From the NCBI GenBank assembly GCA_015655115.1, contig JAATFQ010000158.1, positions 2,183 to 66,182 of the forward strand: DNA of 64,000 bases, in the 5' to 3' direction. The notes beneath the pieces were generated by a model. That model was given only the letters and a program-made list of their open reading frames with translations, was not told the origin of the DNA and did not search any database. The position numbers and the translations under genes were made by a program. Each line of letters begins with the position of its first letter. Within the stretch, counting starts at the first letter, position 1. Source of the DNA: Sphingobacteriales bacterium. Lineage in GTDB: Bacteria > Bacteroidota > Bacteroidia > Sphingobacteriales > Sphingobacteriaceae. Of the stretch, positions 1 through 8,667 are shown piece after piece.

Positions 1-434
1 CAAGTTTTCTCACAGCAGACATGAATGGCTATTATGAGAGCGAAAGAGTAATGGGCGCGCTTTTCAAGGTGGCCGCAGGCGTAATCGTCTTCATTTCTCT
101 CATCGGATTGTTTGGGTTGATATCCTTTGTAGCTGCACAGCGTTCGCGTGAGGTTGCTATCCGCAAGGTACTGGGGGCGTCAACGATAGAACTGGTGAGA
201 TTGCTTAACAGCTCGTTTGTGAAAATGGTACTCATTGCCAATCTCGTGGCATGGCCGCTGGCTTATTTGTTTATCTTAAAATGGCTTGAGGGATTTGCCT
301 ATAGGATTGATATCAGTTTCATCCCATTCGTTTACGCGTTTTTAATCTCCATAGGGATTACTATTATCACGGTGAGCATCAAGTCATACCGGACTGCTTT
401 GTCGAATACGATAAATGCGCTTAAATACGAATAA
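1..434 (+). CDS. ABC transporter permease, FtsX/MacB-like C-terminal part (5'-partial)
   Basis: Frame is open from the window edge. The segment 'GLFGLISFVAAQRSREVAIRKVLGAS...NLVAWPLAY...WLEGFAYRI...ALKYE' is the typical FtsX-permease C-terminus. Confidence 0.9.
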   Translation, partial: SFLTADMNGYYESERVMGALFKVAAGVIVFISLIGLFGLISFVAAQRSREVAIRKVLGASTIELVRLLNSSFVKMVLIANLVAWPLAYLFILKWLEGFAYRIDISFIPFVYAFLISIGITIITVSIKSYRTALSNTINALKYE

Positions 435-542
435 TAATTACTCAATGATAAATCTAAATATTTCTCGCCGGCAAAGGAATTTCGAGATTAAACCTTTTAA
501 TTAAAACTGTATCATAGTAGAAATAACTTACGCTTTATATAT

Positions 543-1394
543 ATGAAAACGAAACTATTTATTTTGCTGATGCTGTCGGTGTTTACAATCTCCATTAATG
601 CGCAGACTTATAAAATATTAAAGACTGTAAGTATTTCTGGGGATAGTATTACAACATACCAGGATCAAAGCGGAAAGAATATAGCTACAGTCACAAGTTC
701 CAGAAATATTTTCGGGAACAAGGTTCAAACTATTACTGGTCCAAATGGAGAGACAATAAAATCTTTAAAAAAATCAAAAGATATATTTGGGGATGAAACG
801 GTGGAAGTCACCGGCTCTGATGGACAGAGGATAAGATCTGTCAAAACATCAAAAGATATATTTGGCGACGAAACGAAGGAAGTCACCGGTGCTGACGGAC
901 AGAGGATAAGATCTGTCAAAACATCAAAAGATATATTTGGCGACGAAACTAAGAAAGTAACTGGCTCCGCTGGTGAAACAAAATATTCCATTAAAAGGTC
1001 GAAAGATATTTTCGGGGATTACACGGATGTGGTGACTGGACCCACTGGTGCAACCCTGTATACCATAAAAAAAACGAAAGATATTTTCGGGGATTACACG
1101 GATGTAGTGACTGGACCCACTGGTGCAACCCTGTATACCATAAAAAAAACGAAAGACATTTTCGGCGACCAAACCCTGGCAATTACTGATAATACTGGGC
1201 GATTAATCAGGACGATTACAAAATCCAGGGATGCTTTTAGAGACGAAAAAATAAGTGTAAGCGGGCAGGTTGAGCAACAGTCAGTATTGATCAAAAAAGT
1301 CAATGAAACTAATGAGAGAGGATTTACCTCCGTCGAGAATAATCCTGAGTTGTTGAAATTATTGACTGATTTAAGTCTGGAATCGGAAGAATAA
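543..1394 (+). CDS. Secreted hypothetical protein with about 8 tandem 25-aa repeats (S/T-K-D-I-F-G-D...)
   Basis: N-terminal signal peptide (MKTKLFILLMLSVFTISINA|Q). Repeats start at 699, 774, 849, 924, 999, 1074, 1149 and 1224. Confidence 0.8.
   Translation: MKTKLFILLMLSVFTISINAQTYKILKTVSISGDSITTYQDQSGKNIATVTSSRNIFGNKVQTITGPNGETIKSLKKSKDIFGDETVEVTGSDGQRIRSVKTSKDIFGDETKEVTGADGQRIRSVKTSKDIFGDETKKVTGSAGETKYSIKRSKDIFGDYTDVVTGPTGATLYTIKKTKDIFGDYTDVVTGPTGATLYTIKKTKDIFGDQTLAITDNTGRLIRTITKSRDAFRDEKISVSGQVEQQSVLIKKVNETNERGFTSVENNPELLKLLTDLSLESEE
699..1250 (+). repeat. In-frame 75-bp tandem repeat array
   Basis: Units at 774 and 849 are near-identical. Units at 999 and 1074 are near-identical. Flanking units are more diverged. 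Confidence 0.9.
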
Positions 1395-1416
1395 CAGAGG
1401 TATGTAAATTAAAGAG

Positions 1417-1498
1417 GAGGCTGTTTCATACGTCATTTTGGTTTTAAAGTATCACGTTAGATTTTATGGCGGGCTTCATATAAATGTGAAACAGCCTC
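1417..1498. repeat. Inverted repeat GAGGCTGTTTCA-N58-TGAAACAGCCTC (REP/MITE-like; probable bidirectional terminator)
   Basis: Perfect 12-bp arms between two convergent genes. Confidence 0.6.
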
Positions 1499-1507
1499 TC
1501 TTATTTT

Positions 1508-2002
1508 TTATTCACTCAATTTCCAGTCAGGTCTTTCAAAGTGACAGGTATAACCGTAAGGATTCTTTTGCAGATAATCCTGGTGTTCCTGTTCAGCATT
1601 CCAGAAATCCGTTGCTGGTACTACTTCCGTTACAATCTTTCCTGGCCATACACCTGAAGCGTCCATTTCTGCAATTAGTGTTTCCGCTGTTTCACGCTGT
1701 GTTTCATCCAGAAAAAATATCGCCGAGCGGTATGACATGCCTATATCGTTACCCTGCCTGTTGCGGGTTGTCGGATCGTGAATCTGGAAGAAATATTCCA
1801 ATAGTGCACGATAGGATAAATATGCTGGGTCAAATGTTATTTCAATGGCTTCTGCATGAGTTCCATGGTTCCGGTAAGTTGCATTGGGAACGTCTCCACC
1901 TGTATATCCAACTACTGTTGAGATTACACCCGGATAATGACGGATAAGTTCTTCTACCCCCCAAAAACAACCGCCGGCAAGAATGGCTTTTTCTGTATTC
2001 AT
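1508..2002 (-). CDS. msrA: Peptide-methionine (S)-S-oxide reductase MsrA
   Basis: GGCFWG active site, GHAEA, HDPT...NRQGND, AE.EHQDY and C-terminal GYTCH. Confidence 0.97.
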   Translation of the reverse strand: MNTEKAILAGGCFWGVEELIRHYPGVISTVVGYTGGDVPNATYRNHGTHAEAIEITFDPAYLSYRALLEYFFQIHDPTTRNRQGNDIGMSYRSAIFFLDETQRETAETLIAEMDASGVWPGKIVTEVVPATDFWNAEQEHQDYLQKNPYGYTCHFERPDWKLSE

Positions 2003-2190
2003 ATATCTTTCCGTTTTTTAATTAAAGATACGGCGAAGACAGGTAAACGGCAAGAATGGGCACTAAATAAGACTGCCTGTTGACAGTTATCAGGAATAAT
2101 TAATGCAAAATCCTGTTTGATTGATTTTAGTAACTAAATTAGCAAGGTTTAACTGCTTAAGGTTATTTGCCGGCGTTAATATTAAAAGCT

Positions 2191-2769
2191 ATGCTGTTCC
2201 ACATCAAAGATCAATTTCCCGAGCTTAGGCCGTACCTGGATAAATATCTGGAATTTCAAGAGCGTCTGGAAGTACCGGCAAAAACTGTTTTACTGGAAGA
2301 GGGCAAAATTTCAGGTAACTACATTTTTGTTGCAAAGGGTTGTATACGTGCAGCATTAAATAATAATGGAGATGATAAAACAACACAGTTTTTCTTTGAA
2401 AACGAAGGGCTGACGTCGCTGGAAAGTTTCCTGAAAAATACACCAAGCCTTTTTACTATTGAAACGATTGAGCCATCCATCATTTATTTACTGCCTAAAA
2501 AGTACGTAACAGCCTTACTGGACGACCTGAGCCATGAACCCCGGTTTTTAAAAGTAATTTTAGGTTTTCTGGCTGAAAGGCAACTGCACTATATGCATGA
2601 ATTTGTATCCTTTATTAAGGATACTGCCGAACAGCGTTATCAGAATATGTTAAATGACAGGCCACATATCATTCAGCGAGTTCCCCAACATTATATCGCC
2701 TCTTACCTGGGGATCACCAGAGTTCATCTCAGCCGGATTAAGAGTGCACTTGCCCGTAAACAAGGGTGA
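2191..2769 (+). CDS. Crp/Fnr family transcriptional regulator
   Basis: cNMP-binding-like N-domain and 'AEQRY...RVPQHYIASYLGITRVHLSRIK' HTH. The ATG at 2191 is preferred over the TTG at 2167. Confidence 0.92.
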   Translation: MLFHIKDQFPELRPYLDKYLEFQERLEVPAKTVLLEEGKISGNYIFVAKGCIRAALNNNGDDKTTQFFFENEGLTSLESFLKNTPSLFTIETIEPSIIYLLPKKYVTALLDDLSHEPRFLKVILGFLAERQLHYMHEFVSFIKDTAEQRYQNMLNDRPHIIQRVPQHYIASYLGITRVHLSRIKSALARKQG

Positions 2770-2821
2770 TCACAGTTAATATAGGAGATCAATATACAAA
2801 TGTATTTTATAAATTATTCGG

Positions 2822-2864
2822 TAACATATGTTATCGCCATGCCTTAGGACATCATCTAACTTTG
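2822..2864 (+). promoter_or_regulatory. Palindrome TAACATATGTTA (candidate Crp/Fnr site) plus TAACTTTG -7 promoter element
   Basis: Perfect 12-bp palindrome at 2822-2833 and TAnnTTTG at 2857-2864, just upstream of the 2881 ATG. Confidence 0.6.
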
Positions 2865-2880
2865 TCTAAACAAAAAAAAG

Positions 2881-3852
2881 ATGAAAGCAGCAGTAATGTA
2901 CCAAAATGGGGGATTACCTCAATATGTAGATTTCCCTGAGCCAATTGCTCAGAATAATGATGAAGTATTGGTTACGGTCAAAGCCGTTGCCATCAAACAA
3001 CTGGATAGAAGCAAAGCCGCGGGCACGCACTATTCAAGTGAGGCAAAAAACGTAAATGGCCGCGTAATTGGTGGTGATGGCGTTTGTTTACTAGCTGATG
3101 GAACAAGGGTATATGGCATCGGTATCAGTGGAATGCTGGCAGAAAAAGCAACTATTGAAAAAAGCAGGATGGTGGTATTGCCCGCCGGACTAAGTGATGT
3201 TGTTGCAGCTGCATTAGCAAATGCGGTGATGGGTGCTGCAATGGCACTTAGGTTTAAAGCGGACATACAGCCGGGAGATGTGGTCTTAATTAATGGTGCA
3301 ACAGGTTTTACTGGTCGTGTAGCTGTGCAGATAGCAAAGCTTTACGGCGCAAAGAAAGTAATTGTAACCGGAAGAAATGAAAAATCATTGCAGGATTTAA
3401 TAGGCATGGGAGCCGATGAGATCATCTCCACTCAACAGGAGGATGAACAGTTGCTAGCACAATTGACAGAAACACACAGGAATTCGCCAATTGATGTCAT
3501 CATTGACTATTTGTGGGGGCATACAGCAGAAATGATCCTGGCCAGCCTAAAGGGTAAAGGTTCATTCACCCATAAAACAAGATTTGTATCCGTAGGCAGC
3601 ATGGGTGGTGATCTTATCCAACTGTCCGCCGCAAATCTGAGAAGTGTTGATTTACAGCTAACTGGATCGGGTCTTGGAAGTTGGTCGAAAGATCAGGTAG
3701 GTTTACTTTTCTCTGAGATATTGCCTGAAATGTTTCAGCTGGCAGCAGCTGGCAAACTAAGAATTAAGACCATTGAAGTTCAATTAGCAAATATCGCTGA
3801 TCTCTGGAATCTAGATATTCCGGACGGACATCGTTTAGTTGTTACTATCTGA
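2881..3852 (+). CDS. MDR-superfamily (quinone oxidoreductase-like) dehydrogenase
   Basis: 'VLINGATGFTGRVAVQIAK' NAD(P)H-binding segment and 'DVIIDYLWG'. Confidence 0.88.
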   Translation: MKAAVMYQNGGLPQYVDFPEPIAQNNDEVLVTVKAVAIKQLDRSKAAGTHYSSEAKNVNGRVIGGDGVCLLADGTRVYGIGISGMLAEKATIEKSRMVVLPAGLSDVVAAALANAVMGAAMALRFKADIQPGDVVLINGATGFTGRVAVQIAKLYGAKKVIVTGRNEKSLQDLIGMGADEIISTQQEDEQLLAQLTETHRNSPIDVIIDYLWGHTAEMILASLKGKGSFTHKTRFVSVGSMGGDLIQLSAANLRSVDLQLTGSGLGSWSKDQVGLLFSEILPEMFQLAAAGKLRIKTIEVQLANIADLWNLDIPDGHRLVVTI

Positions 3853-3932
3853 AGAGTACACCAGAATAGGGTTTTATTTGCCTTAAAATACTTGTTACCT
3901 GCATATTTCTTTTCAGCCGGAAAATTACGGTG

Positions 3933-3948
3933 ACGGAATCGTTTCCGT
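3933..3948. promoter_or_regulatory. Candidate LacI-family operator ACGGAATCGTTTCCGT
   Basis: Near-perfect palindrome with a central CG, upstream of uxuB-uxuA. A LacI gene lies at the end of the locus. Confidence 0.6.
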
Positions 3949-4029
3949 AAATAATTAAGTTTAAACCATAGGCATCGGTACTTTTTTTTGTCAATTTTAC
4001 CCGTCAAATAGCTTTATAAAGAAAAAATT

Positions 4030-4869
4030 ATGACCTCAGAATTTGCAGGAAAAGTAGCAGTGGTAACAGGAGGGGGCGGCGTATTGTGCAGTACCCTTGC
4101 AAAAGCATTATCTAATCAGGGAGCAAAAATCGCTATCCTTGATCTAAAGGCAGAAACAGCTGAACGGGTGGCTTCAGAAATTAACGATTTGGGCGGCAAC
4201 GCTATAGGGGTTGCCTGTAATGTCCTTGAAGCAGAAAGTCTTAAAGCAGCACACGCAAAGGTGCTTGAACTATTAGGCCCATGCGATATATTGATCAATG
4301 GCGCCGGAGGAAATCATCCTAAAGGCACAACCTCAAAAAACTATCTTTTTCCGGAAGATCTGGAATCAACAGAAGAAGGGCTTAAAACTTTCTTTGACCT
4401 TGACACTGATGGGATTAAGTTTGTGTTCGACCTTAATTTTATTGGCACCCTGCTGCCAACACAGGTATTTGCAAGAGATATGGTAGGCAGAAATGGTTCG
4501 ATCATTAATATATCGTCGATGAACGCCTTTACACCATTAACTAAAATCCCTGCATATAGTGGTGCCAAAGCGGCGGTGTCTAACTTTACACAATGGCTGG
4601 CTGTTAATTTTTCTAAAGTGAATATCCGCGTAAATGCATTGGCTCCTGGATTTTTCCTTACGGATCAGAACCGAACTTTATTAACGAATGCCGATGGCAG
4701 CCTTACCGAAAGAGGCAATACGATTATCTCACATACGCCAATGAGCCGTTTTGGTACTCCGGACGACCTTACAGGTACTTTACTTTGGTTATGCGGTGAA
4801 GGTTCTGCCTTTGTAACTGGCGTGGTGATTCCAATTGATGGTGGGTTTAGTGCATTTAGCGGGGTTTAA
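4030..4869 (+). CDS. uxuB: D-mannonate oxidoreductase (SDR family)
   Basis: TGGGGVL, INGAGGNHP and YSGAK (YxxxK) motifs. Directly upstream of uxuA. Confidence 0.85.
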   Translation: MTSEFAGKVAVVTGGGGVLCSTLAKALSNQGAKIAILDLKAETAERVASEINDLGGNAIGVACNVLEAESLKAAHAKVLELLGPCDILINGAGGNHPKGTTSKNYLFPEDLESTEEGLKTFFDLDTDGIKFVFDLNFIGTLLPTQVFARDMVGRNGSIINISSMNAFTPLTKIPAYSGAKAAVSNFTQWLAVNFSKVNIRVNALAPGFFLTDQNRTLLTNADGSLTERGNTIISHTPMSRFGTPDDLTGTLLWLCGEGSAFVTGVVIPIDGGFSAFSGV

Positions 4870-4885
4870 GTTTAAATAAAACAAT

Positions 4886-6070
4886 ATGGCTTTAGAACAA
4901 ACATGGAGATGGTACGGTCCGAAAGATCCCGTTTCTTTATCAGATATCAGACAGGCAGGCGCTACAGGTGTGGTGACTGCACTTCATCATGTGCCTAACG
5001 GCGAGATATGGACTGTCGAAGAAATTATAAAAAGAAAAGAAGAAGTTGAAAAAGCAGGACTGACCTGGTCGGTTGTAGAAAGTGTACCTGTACATGAGGA
5101 TATCAAAAAACGGTCTGGCAATTATCAGTTATATATTGATAACTATAAACAATCGCTGACTAATTTAGGAGCTTGCGGTATAGACATCGTTTGCTATAAT
5201 TTTATGCCTGTACTGGACTGGACCAGGACAAATCTGGATTATCCAATGCCTGACGGATCTACAGCATTACGCTTTGAAGCTGCTGCTTTTGCTGCTTTTG
5301 AGTTGTATATCCTGAAACGTCCGGGTGCGGAAGATTCATTTACTGCCGGACAAAAGGAAAAGGCTAGTCAGTATATGGAGACGCTTACTGAAGAAGGCAA
5401 GCAGCTGCTGATTAAAAATATCATCGCCGGTTTACCGGGATCTGAAGAAGGATATACACTTGAAGAATTTTTAAAGGTGCTGGCAACATATGATCAGGTC
5501 GGACCTGAACAGCTGAAGGCGAACTTGTATCATTTCCTGAAACAAATTATCCCATCTGCCGAGCAGGCTGGTGTGCTGATGTGTATCCACCCTGATGATC
5601 CTCCTTTCCCAATTCTCGGATTGCCACGTGTGGTAAGTACTGAAGCTGATATTGTGGAGCTTTATGCTGCGGTAGACAGTATCAACAACGGCCTTACTTA
5701 TTGTACAGGATCTTTTGGTGTAAGAGCCGACAATGATCTGGCCGGTATGGCTGAAAGACTTGGAGAACGGATTCATTTTATCCACCTTAGGAGTACTAAA
5801 AGAGATGCTGATGGAAACTTCCATGAAGCAGACCATTTAGCAGGTGATGTAGATATGTATGCTGTGATGAAGGCATTGCTCACTGAGCAGAAAAAACGTG
5901 AAGCAGCAGGCCGCAAGGACCTGAGAATGCCCTTCCGTCCAGACCACGGACATAAAATGCTAGATGACTTAAATAAGAAAACAAATCCCGGCTATTCTGC
6001 TATCGGAAGGCTGAGAGGTCTGGCTGAACTGAGAGGCCTTGAATTGGGTATTATCAGAAGCGGTTATTAA
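4886..6070 (+). CDS. uxuA: Mannonate dehydratase
   Basis: [27 protein letters not shown] and RPDHGH motifs. Confidence 0.97.
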   Translation: MALEQTWRWYGPKDPVSLSDIRQAGATGVVTALHHVPNGEIWTVEEIIKRKEEVEKAGLTWSVVESVPVHEDIKKRSGNYQLYIDNYKQSLTNLGACGIDIVCYNFMPVLDWTRTNLDYPMPDGSTALRFEAAAFAAFELYILKRPGAEDSFTAGQKEKASQYMETLTEEGKQLLIKNIIAGLPGSEEGYTLEEFLKVLATYDQVGPEQLKANLYHFLKQIIPSAEQAGVLMCIHPDDPPFPILGLPRVVSTEADIVELYAAVDSINNGLTYCTGSFGVRADNDLAGMAERLGERIHFIHLRSTKRDADGNFHEADHLAGDVDMYAVMKALLTEQKKREAAGRKDLRMPFRPDHGHKMLDDLNKKTNPGYSAIGRLRGLAELRGLELGIIRSGY

Positions 6071-6113
6071 TTTATATTTATAAATTGATAGGCCAATAAC
6101 AGCCAGTTTATAT

Positions 6114-6169
6114 AAATAGATGAATTGATTGGGTTTCCCTTAAAGAGAGATTCTTCAATTCATTTATTT
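6114..6169. terminator. Hairpin between convergent uxuA and LacI genes
   Basis: ATGAATTGA...TCAATTCAT arms flanked by A/T runs. Confidence 0.45.
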
Positions 6170-7174
6170 TGTTGAGTCTCTTTCAATCAATTCTGAGATC
6201 AGTACTATCTTCTCATCCTTAAGGGCCGTTTCATTTTTACGAAAAGCACCAAACAATGCGGCTGCAGCCTGTTTCCCGATCTCAAATGCCGGCTGGGTGA
6301 TCGTGCTGAGCGATGGGTTCAGTAATGATGCCGTGCGCAGATTGGAAAAGCTGATGATCTTAACCTGGCCGGGAATGCCAATTTTCAACTCTTTACAAAC
6401 CTCATAGCATAAAATAGCCAATAGCTCAACAGAGGCGAAAATGCCATCGGGAGCTTCCGCAGCACTAAGCAGGGATTTTATTTTGTTATAATTGAGCTCA
6501 GCATCATTGCTGCAAAAAACAATAAACTCTTCTCTGAAGGCAATGTCATGGTCTTTTAGGGCATCTAAATAACCCTGCATCCTCTTCTGGTCTATGGATA
6601 GATTTTTAGAAGAGGAGAGATAGCTGATTGCTGTACATCCTTTTTCAATCAGATGCTGTGTAGCCTGATAGCCGCTTTCGTAATCATTAGTAGTTACTTT
6701 CACTGTATGGATAGATTCGCAGATCCTATCAAAAAAAACTATGGGAATGTTATATTCTTTAAGTGTATGGAGGTGACTGATATCTTCGGTTTCACCGGAT
6801 AATGACATCAGTACACCATCAACCCGTCCATTGGTTAAATGGCGGATAAAAGCAGCTTCTTTCTCCTGGCTCTCGTGGGTAAGATAGATCAGCACATGAT
6901 AGCCGTTCGCCTGTGCTATTTCTTCTATGCCATTGATTACCAGAGAAAAAAAGTTGTTTGCTATTTCCGGAAGTATGACGGCAATAGTGAAACTGCTCCG
7001 CTTTCTTAAGCTGCGGGCATAAGGATTTGGATGGTAATTCAGCTTTTTTGCCAGTGAATGTACCTTCTCTTTAGTCTCTGCACTGATTTCATAGCTGTCG
7101 CTCAAAGCCCTGGAAACCGTAGAAATAGCCAGATTTAATTCTTTAGCAAGACTTTTTAGTGTTACCTGATCCAT
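6164..7174 (-). CDS. LacI family transcriptional regulator
   Basis: 'TLKSLAKELNLAISTVSRAL' HTH, 'NYHPNPYARSL' hinge and a sugar-binding domain. Confidence 0.95.
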   Translation of the reverse strand: MDQVTLKSLAKELNLAISTVSRALSDSYEISAETKEKVHSLAKKLNYHPNPYARSLRKRSSFTIAVILPEIANNFFSLVINGIEEIAQANGYHVLIYLTHESQEKEAAFIRHLTNGRVDGVLMSLSGETEDISHLHTLKEYNIPIVFFDRICESIHTVKVTTNDYESGYQATQHLIEKGCTAISYLSSSKNLSIDQKRMQGYLDALKDHDIAFREEFIVFCSNDAELNYNKIKSLLSAAEAPDGIFASVELLAILCYEVCKELKIGIPGQVKIISFSNLRTASLLNPSLSTITQPAFEIGKQAAAALFGAFRKNETALKDEKIVLISELIERDSTK

Positions 7175-7212
7175 TATGGGAGCTAAAGATATTAAAAAAG
7201 AACGGTTGTTTG

Positions 7213-7460
7213 TTACTTCTGCCAGAGGCGGACACCGGCACGGATGACAGCAGAAATATCTACATTTGGAATAGTGTATTTTATTTGATTAAAATCCAGA
7301 CTTTTATCGGCACGGAAATAACTGTTCAACTGGGAAGGGATCTGGTTCAGCCGGTTATAATTATCAGCTATCCAATCGCCCTTAAAGGCAAAGTCTGTAG
7401 TAAATTCATCCCCATTCTCTAACACCGGTAAGATACGGTACCAGCAACATTTCTTATAAT
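7213..7460 (-). pseudogene. Degenerate fragment of a Crp/Fnr-family gene
   Basis: 'ENGDEFTTDFAFKGDWI...NQIPSQLN' resembles the cNMP-domain segment of the 2191 protein ('NGDDKTTQFFFENEGL...KNTPSLFT'). The N-terminus and HTH are missing. Confidence 0.5.
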
Positions 7461-7562
7461 CATAGTCCAGATCATCACATTTGACACTGGTAATGATCCT
7501 GGGATCCCAATTTTAGCACGGAGCTTGTCAGAGATTTGCCATTTAAGTTGCTGCATTATACA

Positions 7563-7665
7563 ATATACCGAACAGTATATATATTTGTACTGCCGTAGGG
7601 TAATCACGGTATGCTGATCAGGAGATCAGTTTTTTTACGTACAGTATAATACCGTACGGTATTAT
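7563..7665 (+). promoter_or_regulatory. Two TACCG-N2-C(G/A)GTA palindromes (TetR-like operators) around a TATATTTG -7 element
   Basis: ATATACCGAACAGTATAT at 7563-7580, TATATTTG at 7580-7587, and a perfect 20-bp ATAATACCGTACGGTATTAT at 7646-7665. Confidence 0.55.
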
Positions 7666-7681
7666 TATAAGCAAGAAAATA

Positions 7682-8422
7682 ATGGACTTAACGAACAACA
7701 CAGTTTTAATATCTGGCGGAAGCGCAGGTATAGGATTTGAAATTGCCAGATTATTAACTGAAAAAGGGAATCACGTGATTATCACTGGCCGTGATCAGCA
7801 ACGTTTATCTGCTGCTGCAGCAAAATTGAATAATGTAACAGCAATAGCTGTTGATGTGACTAAAGAAGATGAGATAGACCAATTGGTGAAACAGCTGGGT
7901 ACTGATTTTCCAGAGTTGAACATTTTAATTAATAACGCGGGGGCTGCGCATTACTACGACCTCATTGCGGGTGGCAGATCGTGGGAAAAAGCAGATGAAG
8001 AAATGAATACAAATTATATTGCTATCATCCGTTTAACGGAGAAACTTCTTCCAGCTCTGCAGCGGCAGAAAGCATCAGCGATAGTTAATGTCAGTTCTAT
8101 TGCCGCCTTAGCCCCAAATTTAAAGATAGCTACTTATAGTGCAAGTAAGGCTGCTTTGCACTCTTATACCCAAAGTTTACGTTTAGCACTGCAGGATAGT
8201 ACAGTGAAGGTATTTGAGTTAATGCCGCCTTTGGTGAATACGGATTTTTCTGCTTCCATCGGCGGAAAGGAAAATGGGATTTCTCCTGTAGAGGTAGCTG
8301 AGGACTTGTTGAAGGCTTTTGACGATGAAACATACGAAATTCACGTTGGCCAGACTGCTGCTATATTTGAGCTGACGAAGGTTTCGCCTTTGGCAGCATT
8401 AAATGCAATGAATGCACGCTGA
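7682..8422 (+). CDS. SDR family oxidoreductase (DltE-like)
   Basis: SGGSAGIG, INNAG, YSASK and ELMPPLVNT motifs. Confidence 0.92.
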   Translation: MDLTNNTVLISGGSAGIGFEIARLLTEKGNHVIITGRDQQRLSAAAAKLNNVTAIAVDVTKEDEIDQLVKQLGTDFPELNILINNAGAAHYYDLIAGGRSWEKADEEMNTNYIAIIRLTEKLLPALQRQKASAIVNVSSIAALAPNLKIATYSASKAALHSYTQSLRLALQDSTVKVFELMPPLVNTDFSASIGGKENGISPVEVAEDLLKAFDDETYEIHVGQTAAIFELTKVSPLAALNAMNAR

Positions 8423-8447
8423 TTATATTGAGAAGGCTGGGCCTCTG

Positions 8448-8494
8448 TGAGGTAAACCCCTAAAGTTGGACAAAAACTTTTGGGGTTCACTTCA
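8448..8494. mobile_element. 47-bp IS3-family-like terminal inverted repeat scar (no transposase)
   Basis: TG...CA ends. TGAGGTAAACCCCTAAAGTT and the reverse complement of the right end match at 17/20. It sits inside an outer 12-bp hairpin (8433-8444 / 8500-8511). Confidence 0.55.
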
Positions 8495-8667
8495 TTGGCA
8501 GGCCCAGCCTTTATTTGATACTTTTTATTTTATTAAGCTATTATTATCAAATGTAATTGATTGGGTATTATCTTAGCCTTTTAAATACGCTTTTATCTCA
8601 TGATGGAGTAAGCTAAATTTATGATGGATTTCCATATAAATCAGGCAGGCGATAAATGATAATACTA

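Noticed and set aside
699-1250. 75-bp periodic repeats as a CRISPR array
   Set aside because: The units are contiguous, in frame within a signal-peptide ORF and have no unique spacers. No cas genes are present.
1438-1947. 169-aa plus-strand ORF
   Set aside because: Antisense shadow of msrA with a TTG start inside a palindrome and no recognisable motifs.
7419-7607. 62-aa minus-strand ORF, and the 7159-7422 plus-strand ORF
   Set aside because: They run through operator/promoter DNA and the decayed Crp fragment, with no protein-like features.
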